62,778 nucleotides of DNA from the NCBI GenBank assembly GCA_947628745.1, contig CANRBB010000001.1, positions 1 through 62,778 on the forward strand, read 5' to 3'. Shown in pieces: positions 29,783 to 40,173 of the stretch. The translations under genes and the position numbers were made by a program. This DNA is from an uncultured Bacilli bacterium. GTDB taxonomy: Bacteria > Bacillota_I > Bacilli_A > RF39 > UBA660. Positions within the stretch are counted from its first letter, which is position 1, and the number at the start of each line of letters is the position of its first letter. The notes under the pieces were generated by a model. The model did no database searches, had not been told where the DNA came from, and was given only the letters and a program-made list of their open reading frames with translations.

Positions 29783-30061
29783 ATGAGAAAGGTTGAATTA
29801 AGAATGAATGAACAAGAAAAATATGAAGTAATCAAAGAATTAGTAGATCACAACGGAAATAAAAACAGAGCTGCTGAAAAGCTCGGTATATCTAGAAGAC
29901 AAATTGATCGTCTTATTATTATTTATAAGGAGAAAGGCAAATCTGGTTTTATTCACGGTAACCGTGGAAAATGTCCCAGCAAGACATTAGATAAGTCAAT
30001 CTCCGAAGATATTATACTACTCTATAAACACAAATATCAAGATTGGAATTTTAGTTTTTAG
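29783..30061 (+). pseudogene. Truncated transposase: only the N-terminal HTH part remains (IS remnant)
   Basis: EKYEVIKELVDHNGNKNRAAEKLGISRRQIDRLIIIYKEKGKSGFIHGNRG is the typical N-terminus of clostridial HTH + rve transposases of about 400 aa. Here it stops after 92 aa with no catalytic domain. Confidence 0.6.
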
Positions 30062-30161
30062 AGAAATAATGACTTTAGCAGTTAAACTGTGAAGTAAAGT
30101 AAATAGAGAAATTGAAAATTTTGTTTTTTATGTTAATGTACATAGTTAGGAGGAGGTTGTA

Positions 30162-31250
30162 TTGGTGAAGAAACAAAGACAATCAAATTTTGAATTATTA
30201 AGAATTATATCTATCATATTAATTATCTCATTTCATTATGTTTATAAAAGTAATTTTATTATAACTGACTTAAATGCTAACAATTATATGATAAAAATCT
30301 TTTGGTTACTTGGAGAAGTGGGTGTTAATCTTTTTGTACTGATAAGTGGTTATTTTATGATTAAAGGTAAATTTAATTGTAGAAAAATACTTTTATTGTT
30401 TGGTGAAGTTATATTTTATAATTTGCTTAATGCTACACTTCTTAAAATAACCACTGGAACAATTCCTATATTGAGTTTAATTTATTCACCCTACTGGTTT
30501 GTTAGAATGTATATTATACTTTATCTTTTAAGTCCTTATATTAATCGATTAATAAATAATATTTCTAAAAGGGAATATCAACATTTACTATTAATTTGTA
30601 TAGTAATTTGGAGTATTTTACCAACAATTTTAGGTATTACAGTTAATTCAACTGAGAATTTTGATTTCTACTGTAGAATGATTTGGTTTATAATAATGTA
30701 TTTAATTGGTGGATATATTAAATTATATGGTATTAAATTTCTAGAAAAGCGAAAAAATGCTTTGATTTGTTTTATTATTTTAGCTGTAATATTATTTTCT
30801 TCTATTGGAATTATTAATTACATAAAATTATGGATTCCAAAATTAAATTTTTTAGAATTAGCTTATTTATGGTGTCCAAATAATATAATTACTTTATTAT
30901 TAAGTGTTTCATTATTTGAGTTATTTGTTAATTTCAATATTGGTTGCAATAAAATGATAAATAAAATATCTTCTACTACTTTGGGTATTTATATGTTGCA
31001 TGACGGCAAATTTGCTAGTTATCTTTGGGTTAATATTTTTCATACTAAGTCTGTTCTTTCATCAAAATACCCAATATTAGGAATAATTGGTGCTGTAATT
31101 ATAATTTTTATTTTTGGAATTATCATAGATTTAGTACGCCAGGGGCTTGAAAATCATATTTTAAAAAAATACTTAAATTCGCATAAGATGGATATTTTGT
31201 TAAACAAAATTATTTATAAATGTAATCAAATATTAGACAATTATATTTAA
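30162..31250 (+). CDS. Acyltransferase family 3 (OafA/YrhL-like O-acyltransferase), polytopic membrane protein
   Basis: N-terminus NFELLRIISIILIISFHY and about 10 hydrophobic segments. TTG (30162) or GTG (30165) start after AGGAGGAGG. Confidence 0.75.
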   Translation: MVKKQRQSNFELLRIISIILIISFHYVYKSNFIITDLNANNYMIKIFWLLGEVGVNLFVLISGYFMIKGKFNCRKILLLFGEVIFYNLLNATLLKITTGTIPILSLIYSPYWFVRMYIILYLLSPYINRLINNISKREYQHLLLICIVIWSILPTILGITVNSTENFDFYCRMIWFIIMYLIGGYIKLYGIKFLEKRKNALICFIILAVILFSSIGIINYIKLWIPKLNFLELAYLWCPNNIITLLLSVSLFELFVNFNIGCNKMINKISSTTLGIYMLHDGKFASYLWVNIFHTKSVLSSKYPILGIIGAVIIIFIFGIIIDLVRQGLENHILKKYLNSHKMDILLNKIIYKCNQILDNYI

Positions 31251-31273
31251 TTAAAAAATTTATTTTAATACAC

Positions 31274-31319
31274 AAAAACACAAGTTTATACTGATGCTAA
31301 TCATAAAACTTGTGTTTTT
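31274..31319 (+). terminator. Terminator of the acyltransferase gene
   Basis: Perfect 14-bp inverted repeat AAAAACACAAGTTT/AAACTTGTGTTTTT with a T-run. Confidence 0.6.
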
Positions 31320-31571
31320 ATTTAAACTATTCATTATCATTTGTAGTAGCAAAACAATTTTCTAAATCAACTTTATTGTTTGCTTTTTTGTTTTAATATA
31401 AAATTTATTAATAGTTTTAATTACATTAACTTTCATATTCTTCTTAAATGTAGTAATTGAGGAATCTTTATCAGCCATTTTATAAATTATATCTAATGAA
31501 TATAATATCATTATTTGACAGACTCATTAACCATTTAAGTAAAATCTGATGTAGTAACAAGATTAAAAATC

Positions 31572-31598
31572 ATATAAAAAGGGGAAAAGTGTTCCCCT
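31572..31598 (-). terminator. Terminator of the 550-aa kinase gene
   Basis: Minus strand GGGGAA-cactt-TTCCCC followed by TTTTTATATGATTTTT; 7 nt after the stop. Confidence 0.7.
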
Positions 31599-31604
31599 GA
31601 CAAA

Positions 31605-33257
31605 TTAATATTGTTTAAAAAAACTATTTCCAATAAATTCTCTTAGTATTGAGTCTTTAGGTATGGCATCGGCTGGTATTGGTAGAAAGAAGCCTAAGAA
31701 ATTGATTAATCTTTTTGCCTCCTCATAGCACTCATCTTTGGGATCTACTGCATACAGAAGAGGCTCTGCATATGTTTTTAAGACACCTATCTCATATATA
31801 AGGGCAGAATTAAAAGTATAATCAGCATTATCTTGATAAGGGAAAATATATTTTTCTTCTCCCACTCTTACGCTCGGCCAACTTGATATGGTGTGATTAA
31901 CATTATGCCCCCTTGTTTTGTTGTCTCTAATTATTCTTCTTAATAATCTATTATCTGTTGTTGAGATGTAATTATGATTATCTATATTTAATTCTGTTAG
32001 GGCTGAGATATAGATACGAAATTTATTTTCTTGCTTGATGTTAGTTAAAATTCTTTTATCTAGAGCATGTATACCTTCTATAACTAATATTTGATTATTC
32101 TTTAATTGTATTTGAGAGGTATATTCTTTTTTTCCTGTTATAAAATTAAAAGTTGGTATTGTGACTTCTTTTCCACTTAATATTTCTTCTATTTGGCTAT
32201 CGAATAAATCTAGATCTAAAGCTTCTAGGCATTCGTAATCTGGTTTCCCTGATTCATCTAGTGGTGTTTCTTCTCTTTCTACAAAGTAATTATCCATGGA
32301 TAAAACTGAGGGATTTACTCCAAAACTTCTTAAATACATACATAGTTTCATTGAGGTAGTTGTTTTACCTGAAGATGAGGGACCAGCTATTAATACTATT
32401 TTAATATTTTCATTATTTTTAATTTGTTCAGCTACTTTTAACAATTCATTACTCTGTTTAGTTTCAGAAATTCTAATTAATTCTTCTACTTTGCCATTTG
32501 AAACTAGTCGATTTAAGTCAGCAGCATTTTCAATATGCATTAAGCGACCCCAATCATGACATTCTGCAAAAACTTGAAACATATGAGGATGTTCTTCATA
32601 TGATTTAATCTTATCGGGTATATAAATTGTAGGAAATCTTAAAACAAAACTATTTTTTGTTAAATATGTAGTTTCAAATTCCCTTACTTGACTAGTATTT
32701 ATAGGCATTTTAGTATAAAAATAGTCATAATACTCTCCTAATTTATAAAGTGTTATGTAGGTATTAGTAGTATATTTTAATATATTTACTTTTGCTTTAT
32801 CTCCTATTTTACTAAAGTAATCCATAGCTTCTAACCTATCAACAGTTAATTTTTGAATAGGTCTTTTTTCTTTGATAATGCTAGTCATTTTGGTTTTGAT
32901 GTCATCTAATCTTTTTTCCGTTATTTCAAAATTTGTTTCAATATATAATCCTTTATCTATTGAGTGTTCTACTCTAATATCATATTTTGAACCATACAAT
33001 TCTTTTATGGATACAACTAAAATGAAAATAAGAGTATTAACGTGTATTTTATTCCCCTCTCGACTGGTTAAGTCTATAAGGTCTATATTTTTAGAGCGCG
33101 TTAATTCATAATCTAATTCTTTTAAAGTATTATTTACTTTGGCAATTATAATAGGATGTTTATAATTTTTTTGAAATTCGGCAGCGATTTCTTTTAGTTT
33201 TGTTCCTTTATTAACAAAAAATTCCTGATCTTTATATACTATTTTTATGTTATTCAT
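31605..33257 (-). CDS. Uridine kinase/PRK-family nucleoside kinase with a long N-terminal (TGS/ThrRS-like) extension
   Basis: P-loop IAGPSSSGKTTT in the C-terminal half. The 550-aa architecture is common in clostridial 'uridine kinase' annotations. Confidence 0.65.
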   Translation of the reverse strand: MNNIKIVYKDQEFFVNKGTKLKEIAAEFQKNYKHPIIIAKVNNTLKELDYELTRSKNIDLIDLTSREGNKIHVNTLIFILVVSIKELYGSKYDIRVEHSIDKGLYIETNFEITEKRLDDIKTKMTSIIKEKRPIQKLTVDRLEAMDYFSKIGDKAKVNILKYTTNTYITLYKLGEYYDYFYTKMPINTSQVREFETTYLTKNSFVLRFPTIYIPDKIKSYEEHPHMFQVFAECHDWGRLMHIENAADLNRLVSNGKVEELIRISETKQSNELLKVAEQIKNNENIKIVLIAGPSSSGKTTTSMKLCMYLRSFGVNPSVLSMDNYFVEREETPLDESGKPDYECLEALDLDLFDSQIEEILSGKEVTIPTFNFITGKKEYTSQIQLKNNQILVIEGIHALDKRILTNIKQENKFRIYISALTELNIDNHNYISTTDNRLLRRIIRDNKTRGHNVNHTISSWPSVRVGEEKYIFPYQDNADYTFNSALIYEIGVLKTYAEPLLYAVDPKDECYEEAKRLINFLGFFLPIPADAIPKDSILREFIGNSFFKQY

Positions 33258-33358
33258 GTATCCACCCTCTTTATTCTATGATTATTGTAGCATAATTTGA
33301 CGTAATTTAAAATGTATATTTTCTTAATTTTACATTAAAATAATGGTAGGTGATGAGA

Positions 33359-33943
33359 ATGAATTTAGTTCCGATGATTGTTGATAAAGAATTGGATGGA
33401 GAACGAAGTTATGACATATTTTCTAAGTTACTTAAGAATAGAATAATACTTTTGAGTGGAGAGATTGATGATAATGTGGCTAGTAGTATTGTGGCACAAT
33501 TATTGTATTTAGATTCTATTAATAATGAAGATATTTCTTTGTATATTAATTCACCTGGGGGTAGTGTATCAGCAGGTATGGCTATATATGATACTATGAA
33601 TTTTATTAGGAGTGATGTTAGTACCATTTGTGTGGGAATGGCAGCATCAATGGGAGCTTTTTTGTTAAGTAGCGGTGCTAAAGGTAAAAGAGTAGCTTTA
33701 CCAAACAGTGAGATAATGATACATCAACCTTTGGGTGGTGCAGAGGGTCAAGCAACAGAGATTAAAATCGTTGCTGAACATATTATAAAACTGAAAAAAA
33801 AGCTTAACTCAATCCTTTCTAAAAATACTAATAAAAGTCTTAAGACTATTGAACGAGATACAGAAAGAGACTATTATTTAGATGCTGAGGAAGCTCTCAA
33901 TTATGGTTTAGTGGATAAAATTATAACAAATAAAAAGGACTAG
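33359..33943 (+). CDS. clpP: ATP-dependent Clp protease proteolytic subunit
   Basis: GMAASMGAF (Ser) and MIHQPLGG (His). Start at MNLVPMIV; the track start 33350 is a GTG inside the RBS-like AGGTGATGAG. Confidence 0.93.
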   Translation: MNLVPMIVDKELDGERSYDIFSKLLKNRIILLSGEIDDNVASSIVAQLLYLDSINNEDISLYINSPGGSVSAGMAIYDTMNFIRSDVSTICVGMAASMGAFLLSSGAKGKRVALPNSEIMIHQPLGGAEGQATEIKIVAEHIIKLKKKLNSILSKNTNKSLKTIERDTERDYYLDAEEALNYGLVDKIITNKKD

Positions 33944-34872
33944 TTTTTCTCTTCTAATTTAGAAGCTAGTTCTTTTATTTTTCTGAAACGATGATTTAAG
34001 CCTGATTTAGTGATTGGTCTATTAGTTTCTAAAGAAATTATTTCACTTAATTCTTTAAGAGATGATTCTGGATATTTTTTACGGAATTCGAGAGCTTGTC
34101 TTGTTTTTTCATCTAGTAGTTCAACGCTCATATGTTTTTCAATAATTTTGATGTGCTCTAGTTGTTCTGTTGCTGTCTGGATGATTTTATCAGTATTGGC
34201 TTGTTCACAGTTATTGAGACGATTGGCTTTATTTTTAGTCTGATGATAGATTCTGACATCTTCGAAATATAAAACTGCCCGATTTGCTTTAATTATTTTA
34301 AGATAATCACTTATTTTCTCAGCTTCTTTGATGTATATCATGTAACCATTATTGCGAGTTAGTATTTTGGCGTTTAAATCGAATATATTGAGAAGTTTTT
34401 GAACAAAAACTGCTTCTTTAGGCTTATCTATTAATAATTCCATGTGATACTGGGAAGTCTTGGGATCATTAATACTCCCTTGGCACAAAAAAACTCCTCT
34501 TAAATAAGCTCTAATTTGTTCATTATCTCCTACAATATAGGTGGGTGGTGATTCTAAATATCGATTATGGCTATCGTTATATCCTACATCTTGAAGAATA
34601 AAATCAACTTTAGCCTTAATACTTATGATATTTAATTTACTTTTAGAAAAATTTAGGTAATCTTTTTTTTCTATTTCGGTGTCAACATCGTATAAATCTC
34701 TAATTAATTTTTTTATTCGGCTTAAAATATTTTCATTTTCACTTGTTAGATACAATTTATTATTTAAGAGATAACCATTGTTTCTAATATAGCCTGATAG
34801 TTCGGCGATGGCAACTGATTTTACTGTCGAAATAGTTATTATTTCATTTTTTATTTGAGTTGTAAATGACAT
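33940..34872 (-). CDS. whiA: Sporulation/cell-division regulator WhiA
   Basis: 310 aa WhiA-like with C-terminal HTH ([11 protein letters not shown]); directly after yvcK. Confidence 0.88.
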   Translation of the reverse strand: MSFTTQIKNEIITISTVKSVAIAELSGYIRNNGYLLNNKLYLTSENENILSRIKKLIRDLYDVDTEIEKKDYLNFSKSKLNIISIKAKVDFILQDVGYNDSHNRYLESPPTYIVGDNEQIRAYLRGVFLCQGSINDPKTSQYHMELLIDKPKEAVFVQKLLNIFDLNAKILTRNNGYMIYIKEAEKISDYLKIIKANRAVLYFEDVRIYHQTKNKANRLNNCEQANTDKIIQTATEQLEHIKIIEKHMSVELLDEKTRQALEFRKKYPESSLKELSEIISLETNRPITKSGLNHRFRKIKELASKLEEKN

Positions 34873-34873
34873 A

Positions 34874-35827
34874 TTAATCCCTCAACATATATTGCATAAT
34901 TAACGATGCAAGTTTTATACTATCGTGCCTTAAAACTTGATTTTGTACTTTTATTAAATCTGCTTCTATTAGTTCTGTATTAGTTTTGGCAATATTTTCT
35001 CTATCAATAATAACTGGATCTTTTTGTTCTTTAGTTTCATATGTATCAGCTACTTCTTTATCTATTTGAGTGTTGCTGGCAATGATTGATGATATTTTTT
35101 TAGAATGTAGATAACTATTTAAAAGTTTAAGATGATCGCATACAGTAAATTTATCAGTTTCTCCTGGTTGGGTCATAGCATTGCAAACATACATTATTGG
35201 GGCTTTGCAGGTATCTATCTCATCTAAAACTTGATTACAAATTATATTGGGTAAAAGACTTGTGTAGATACTTCCCATACTAAATATCAATAAATCTGCT
35301 TCTTTTATGGCGTTTAAAGTTTCCTCTAAGACATGAGGTTCTTCCTTATAGAAGATGTGATCTATTGTTTCTTTACAGCTAGTTATTTCTGATTCTCCCT
35401 CAATGATGTGTCCTTCTTTGGTAGTAGCCATTAAAGTTATATCATTGTCTTCAGAAATGGGTAATACTGTGTGCCTTACATCTAACAGTTTTGATAAGTG
35501 TTTTATGGAATCTTTTAAACTACCTGTTATATCTAACATAGCTGTTAAAATAAGGTTACCTACGGCATGACCATTAAGATCGCTCGATGTATTAAAACGA
35601 TATTCTAACATTTTTTTGATATCATCATCAGTATCTGATAAATTGGAAATAACTTTTCTAATGTCGCCTACGGCAGGAGTATTAAATTCTTTTCTAAGCT
35701 TACCTGTTGATCTACCATTATCTGAAACCGTGATAATAGCTGTTATATCAACGGGGAAGTCTTTGAGCCCACTTAATAGTGAAGAAAGCCCTGTACCTCC
35801 TCCAAATACGACTACTTTTTTTCGCAT
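34874..35827 (-). CDS. yvcK: YvcK/GlmR (CofD-like) gluconeogenesis factor
   Basis: VVVFGGGTGLSSLLSGLK motif. Start at MRKKVVVF (35827), 5 nt after GAAGGTGA. Confidence 0.88.
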   Translation of the reverse strand: MRKKVVVFGGGTGLSSLLSGLKDFPVDITAIITVSDNGRSTGKLRKEFNTPAVGDIRKVISNLSDTDDDIKKMLEYRFNTSSDLNGHAVGNLILTAMLDITGSLKDSIKHLSKLLDVRHTVLPISEDNDITLMATTKEGHIIEGESEITSCKETIDHIFYKEEPHVLEETLNAIKEADLLIFSMGSIYTSLLPNIICNQVLDEIDTCKAPIMYVCNAMTQPGETDKFTVCDHLKLLNSYLHSKKISSIIASNTQIDKEVADTYETKEQKDPVIIDRENIAKTNTELIEADLIKVQNQVLRHDSIKLASLIMQYMLRD

Positions 35828-35865
35828 CTTATTCACCTTCTCTTTAATTTTTTATTTATTATATT

Positions 35866-36693
35866 CTATGTTTCTTCAACATAAGTTGTTTCTTTAGGGT
35901 GATAAAGTATAGCTTTTTTATCTTTAAAGACTTTATCTTTAATTATTAATATAACGCCGACAATTCCTAATATGATTGAGGCTATTTGAGCTATTTTGAA
36001 ATTATATAATACAAGACTATCTAAGCGAAGCGACTCAATGTAGAATCTTCCGACTGAATACCATAAGAAATAAAAACCTGTTAGTTGTCCTACTTTAATA
36101 TTCTTGCGATTTCTAAGGAGGCAAAGAATAATGAAACCATTTAAATCCCATAATGATTCATAGTAAAATGTTGGCTCATAGTAAACACCAAATATCTTCA
36201 TGCCTTTAATGATGAATGCCGGTATCATTTCTTGTTTTAGCATTTGATAACTAGATACCGAACCAAAAGCTTCCTGGTTGAAAAAATTACCCCAGCGACC
36301 AATAGCTTGTCCTAAAATCACACCAACTACCATCATGTCTAGAATTTTTAATGTATTTAGGTTTCTTTTTTTGGAAAAAAAGTAGACATAAATTAAACCA
36401 AATATTATTCCACCATGAATAGCAAGGCCTCCTTGCCATATTTCTAGTATTTCTATGGGATTACTTAAGTAGTAATTTAGATTAAATACAACATAATATA
36501 ATCTGGCACCTATGATACCAAATACTACGGTATTAAAAAGTAAATCGGTAAATTGTTCATTAGTAATTCCCTGCTTTTTCATTTCTTTGTAGATAATAGT
36601 AGCTGATACGAAGACAGCTATTAGAATAAAAATTGAATACCAGTATATTTGTACAATTCCTAAATCCAAAGCTATTTTATTCACGTTTATCAC
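35866..36693 (-). CDS. lgt: Prolipoprotein diacylglyceryl transferase
   Basis: Lgt signature IGRWGNFFNQEAFG; polytopic. Confidence 0.9.
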   Translation of the reverse strand: MINVNKIALDLGIVQIYWYSIFILIAVFVSATIIYKEMKKQGITNEQFTDLLFNTVVFGIIGARLYYVVFNLNYYLSNPIEILEIWQGGLAIHGGIIFGLIYVYFFSKKRNLNTLKILDMMVVGVILGQAIGRWGNFFNQEAFGSVSSYQMLKQEMIPAFIIKGMKIFGVYYEPTFYYESLWDLNGFIILCLLRNRKNIKVGQLTGFYFLWYSVGRFYIESLRLDSLVLYNFKIAQIASIILGIVGVILIIKDKVFKDKKAILYHPKETTYVEET

Positions 36694-37114
36694 CTGTTCC
36701 TTTTATTCTTTTAATTAATGGCTTGTATATAAAGCTTTCTAAAGCAATGTTAGTTATAGATAATATAATGGAAATAATAAGAGCTATCCAAAAATTTCTT
36801 AGTTGGAAGTGATTTCCTAATATCCAATCGACAATTTTTAAGATAAACAAATTGATAAAAGGATAAAATAGACCTAAAGTCATCCCCGTTATAGGTATGG
36901 TTAATCTTACTAATAATGGTTTTATCGTTTTGTTTAGGGCGGAAATAATTAATACTATAATGAGAGCGTATATATAATGATGTTTTATATCTATGTACAT
37001 ACTTTTAAAGGTGTATGATATTAAAATAATTACTAATGTATAGCCTAAAATTGGTAAAATCCATTCAAGAATCTTAGCTAATATTTTAATATTTGGGGAT
37101 GGGGAATAACTCAT
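36677..37114 (-). CDS. DUF360/YvlD-type (holin-4-like) small membrane protein
   Basis: 145 aa, 4 hydrophobic segments. The pattern LNKTIKPLLVRLTIPITGMTLGLF is typical of the family. Confidence 0.6.
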   Translation of the reverse strand: MSYSPSPNIKILAKILEWILPILGYTLVIILISYTFKSMYIDIKHHYIYALIIVLIISALNKTIKPLLVRLTIPITGMTLGLFYPFINLFILKIVDWILGNHFQLRNFWIALIISIILSITNIALESFIYKPLIKRIKGTGDKRE

Positions 37115-37118
37115 AATA

Positions 37119-39941
37119 TCACTTTCTTCTTAATATTTTCTCTAAAAACTGTCCTGTGTATGAATTTTTAACTTTGCTGACCTCTTCTGGGGTACCACAT
37201 GCTACTACTTCTCCTCCTTGGTCGCCTCCTTCTGGGCCAAGGTCAATAATATAGTCTGCTACTTTGATAACGTCTAGGTTGTGTTCAATGATTAATACAG
37301 TATCTTTATTATCTACTATTTTTTGTAAAATTGCAAGTAAGCGTTTGATGTCATCAATATGTAGTCCTGTTGTTGGTTCATCTAGAACAAATAGCGTCTT
37401 CCCAGTAGCCTTTTTTTGGAGTTCTTTAGCTAGTTTTACTCTTTCTGCTTCTCCTCCAGATAAAGTTGGAGCGCTTTGTCCTAAAGTAATATAGCCTAAT
37501 CCTACGTCCTCTAGTACTTGAAGTTTATTTTTTATTTTAGGAATATTTTCAAAAAATTTTAAGGCTTCAGTTACTCGCATGTTTAAAACGTCAGCAATGG
37601 ACTTGTCTTTATATTTTATGCTTAAAGTTTCACTATTATATCTAGTTCCGTTGCAAACTTCACAAGGGACATAAACATCTGGTAAAAAGTGCATTTCTAT
37701 TTTCTTAAGACCATCTCCACGACAAGCCTCGCATCTTCCTCCTTTAACATTGAAAGAAAATCTATTTTTTTCAAAACCACGCATCTTCGCTTCCTTAGTG
37801 GTAGTAAACAGTTCTCTAATATCATCGAACACGCCTGTGTATGTAGCGGGATTGCTCCTTGGGGTTCGACCAATAGGATTTTGCGAAATGGCGACTAACT
37901 TATCTATATTTTCAATACCTATAATTTTGCCAAATGGTCCTGGTTTATCTTTAGTTTTGTATAGCTTATTAGCAATAGCTTTGCAGATAATATCATTTAC
38001 GAGACTACTTTTGCCAGATCCTGATACTCCTGTTATACACGTAAATGTTCCTAATGGAATTTTAATATCAATATTTTTTAAATTATGGCTAGCCGCCTTT
38101 TTGACCTGCAAATATTTTTTATTGCCTTTTCTTCTCTTTTCTGGAATTTCAATACATTTTTTGCCAGTTAAGTATTGTCCAGTTAAACTCTTTTCATTTT
38201 TCATTACTTCTGATGGTGTACCACAAGCTACAATTTCTCCACCTTTATCTCCTGCACCTGGACCTACGTCTACTAAATAATCTGCTGCTAACATAGTATC
38301 GGTATCATGCTCAACGACGATTAAAGTATTGCCTAGGTCGCGCATTTCTTGCATAGATTTTATTAAGCGATCATTATCCCTTTGGTGTAACCCAATGCTT
38401 GGTTCATCTAGAACATATAATACTCCCGTTAATTTAGAGCCTATTTGTGTAGCAAGTCTAATTCTTTGAGACTCCCCACCTGATAAAGTTTGAGCACTAC
38501 GGGATAGTGTTAAGTATTCCAAGCCTACATTTTTTAAAAAACTTAGACGGGCATTTATTTCATTTAAGATGAGTTCAGCAATTTGTCTGCGTTCATTATC
38601 TAGTTTTAGATTTTGAAAAAACTTTAATTCATCTTTAATGCTCATACAAGTTACTTCATAAATATTTTTGCCATCTATTTTAACTTCTAGTATATCATGG
38701 TTAAGTCGTGCTCCATGGCATGTTTCGCAAAGATGCTCTACCATATAATTTTCAAGCCATTCTCTTATCCACGTACTACTTGTTTCCATATATCTACGTT
38801 CAAGATTGTTGATAATTCCTTCATAAAAATCTTTACTGTTATAGCGATTACCACTCTTAGAAGTATATCTAAAATTGATCACATCTGTTGAACCATAGAG
38901 CACAATGTCTTGTTGTTGTTTAGTTAGTTTTTTCCATGGCTCCTTCATACTAATATCGTAGTGATGGCAAACACATCGTAATCTTTTATAATCAATAGAT
39001 TCTTGATCGTCATTTAAGGTTTTGATACATCCTTGATTTATGCTTAGAGAATCATCTGGAATTACTAAATCCTTATCTATTTGGAGTTTTACTCCTAAAC
39101 CCTTACAATCTGGACAAGCTCCATAAGGTGCATTGAAGCTAAAAGTTCTTGGTTCTAATTCTGCCAAAGAAAATTCGCAATAAGGGCAAGCAAATGACTC
39201 TGAAAAAACTAGTTCTTTATGATTTTCACCAAGTATATCTATTATTACCTTACCGTGAGCAAGCTTAGTTGCGTTTTCAACAGATTCCATTAGTCTACTA
39301 TAACTATCTTCTTTTAAAATCACCCTATCAATAACAACTTCAATTTTTGATTTTTTATTTTTTTCAAGGACTATTTCTTCTGATAAATCCTTATCTTCTC
39401 CGTTAACTCTTACCCTTATGTATCCATCTTTTCTTAACTTGTCAAATAATTCTTTATGGGTACCTTTGGCTCCATCTATAATGGGAGATAGGATTATAAG
39501 TTTTGTACCCAAAGGATATTCCATTATTTTCTTTACCATTTCCTCAATACTTTGGCTAGATATTGGAATATGATGATTGGGACAGTATGGAATACCTACC
39601 CTTGCGTAGAGTAATCTTAAATAATCATATATTTCAGTTACTGTGCCAACTGTGGAGCGAGGATTCTTGCTTGTTGTTTTTTGATCTATACTGATTGATG
39701 GGCTTAGACCTTCTATGGAATCTACATTAGGTTTTTCACTGTTACCCAAAAATTGGCGTGCATAAGCACTAAGACTTTCCATATATCTTCTCTGTCCTTC
39801 AGCATAAATGGTGTCAAAGGCTAAACTGCTTTTACCTGAGCCTGATACCCCTGTCATAACAATAAGTTTGTTTTTAGGTAATTCAAGGGAAACGTTTTTT
39901 AAATTATTTTCTTTTGCTCCTTTTATCGTAATTTTATCCAT
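37119..39941 (-). CDS. uvrA: Excinuclease ABC subunit A
   Basis: 940 aa with two ABC modules (GVSGSGKSS twice, LSGGE twice) and zinc-finger Cys clusters. Confidence 0.97.
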   Translation of the reverse strand: MDKITIKGAKENNLKNVSLELPKNKLIVMTGVSGSGKSSLAFDTIYAEGQRRYMESLSAYARQFLGNSEKPNVDSIEGLSPSISIDQKTTSKNPRSTVGTVTEIYDYLRLLYARVGIPYCPNHHIPISSQSIEEMVKKIMEYPLGTKLIILSPIIDGAKGTHKELFDKLRKDGYIRVRVNGEDKDLSEEIVLEKNKKSKIEVVIDRVILKEDSYSRLMESVENATKLAHGKVIIDILGENHKELVFSESFACPYCEFSLAELEPRTFSFNAPYGACPDCKGLGVKLQIDKDLVIPDDSLSINQGCIKTLNDDQESIDYKRLRCVCHHYDISMKEPWKKLTKQQQDIVLYGSTDVINFRYTSKSGNRYNSKDFYEGIINNLERRYMETSSTWIREWLENYMVEHLCETCHGARLNHDILEVKIDGKNIYEVTCMSIKDELKFFQNLKLDNERRQIAELILNEINARLSFLKNVGLEYLTLSRSAQTLSGGESQRIRLATQIGSKLTGVLYVLDEPSIGLHQRDNDRLIKSMQEMRDLGNTLIVVEHDTDTMLAADYLVDVGPGAGDKGGEIVACGTPSEVMKNEKSLTGQYLTGKKCIEIPEKRRKGNKKYLQVKKAASHNLKNIDIKIPLGTFTCITGVSGSGKSSLVNDIICKAIANKLYKTKDKPGPFGKIIGIENIDKLVAISQNPIGRTPRSNPATYTGVFDDIRELFTTTKEAKMRGFEKNRFSFNVKGGRCEACRGDGLKKIEMHFLPDVYVPCEVCNGTRYNSETLSIKYKDKSIADVLNMRVTEALKFFENIPKIKNKLQVLEDVGLGYITLGQSAPTLSGGEAERVKLAKELQKKATGKTLFVLDEPTTGLHIDDIKRLLAILQKIVDNKDTVLIIEHNLDVIKVADYIIDLGPEGGDQGGEVVACGTPEEVSKVKNSYTGQFLEKILRRK

Positions 39942-40173
39942 AATAACATCACATTCCTTTTACTTCATTTGGGTACGTTTAGTCATGAAAAATTAAATTT
40001 ATTTTTAGACTAACATCTCAAATACGTTTTTTATTATACTATAATATTATAATAAATAGTTATTTTTTTTAATTTTTAATAGCTAATACTAACTTTAATG
40101 TCGATATTGGCTTATTTTTAAGGAGATGGTAATTTATTATTGAGGTGTAGAATATTATTTTATGAGGTGACTT

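Noticed and set aside
31362-31478. A 38-aa minus-strand ORF (MADKDSSITTFKKNMKVNVIK...) downstream of the acyltransferase gene.
   Set aside because: It has no RBS, a Lys/Asn-rich low-complexity sequence, and is probably non-coding.
33258-33349. A CtsR operator (GGTCAAA-N3-GGTCAAA) upstream of clpP.
   Set aside because: Only a single GTCAAAT-like half-site (reverse of ATTTGAC) is present; no tandem heptad was found.
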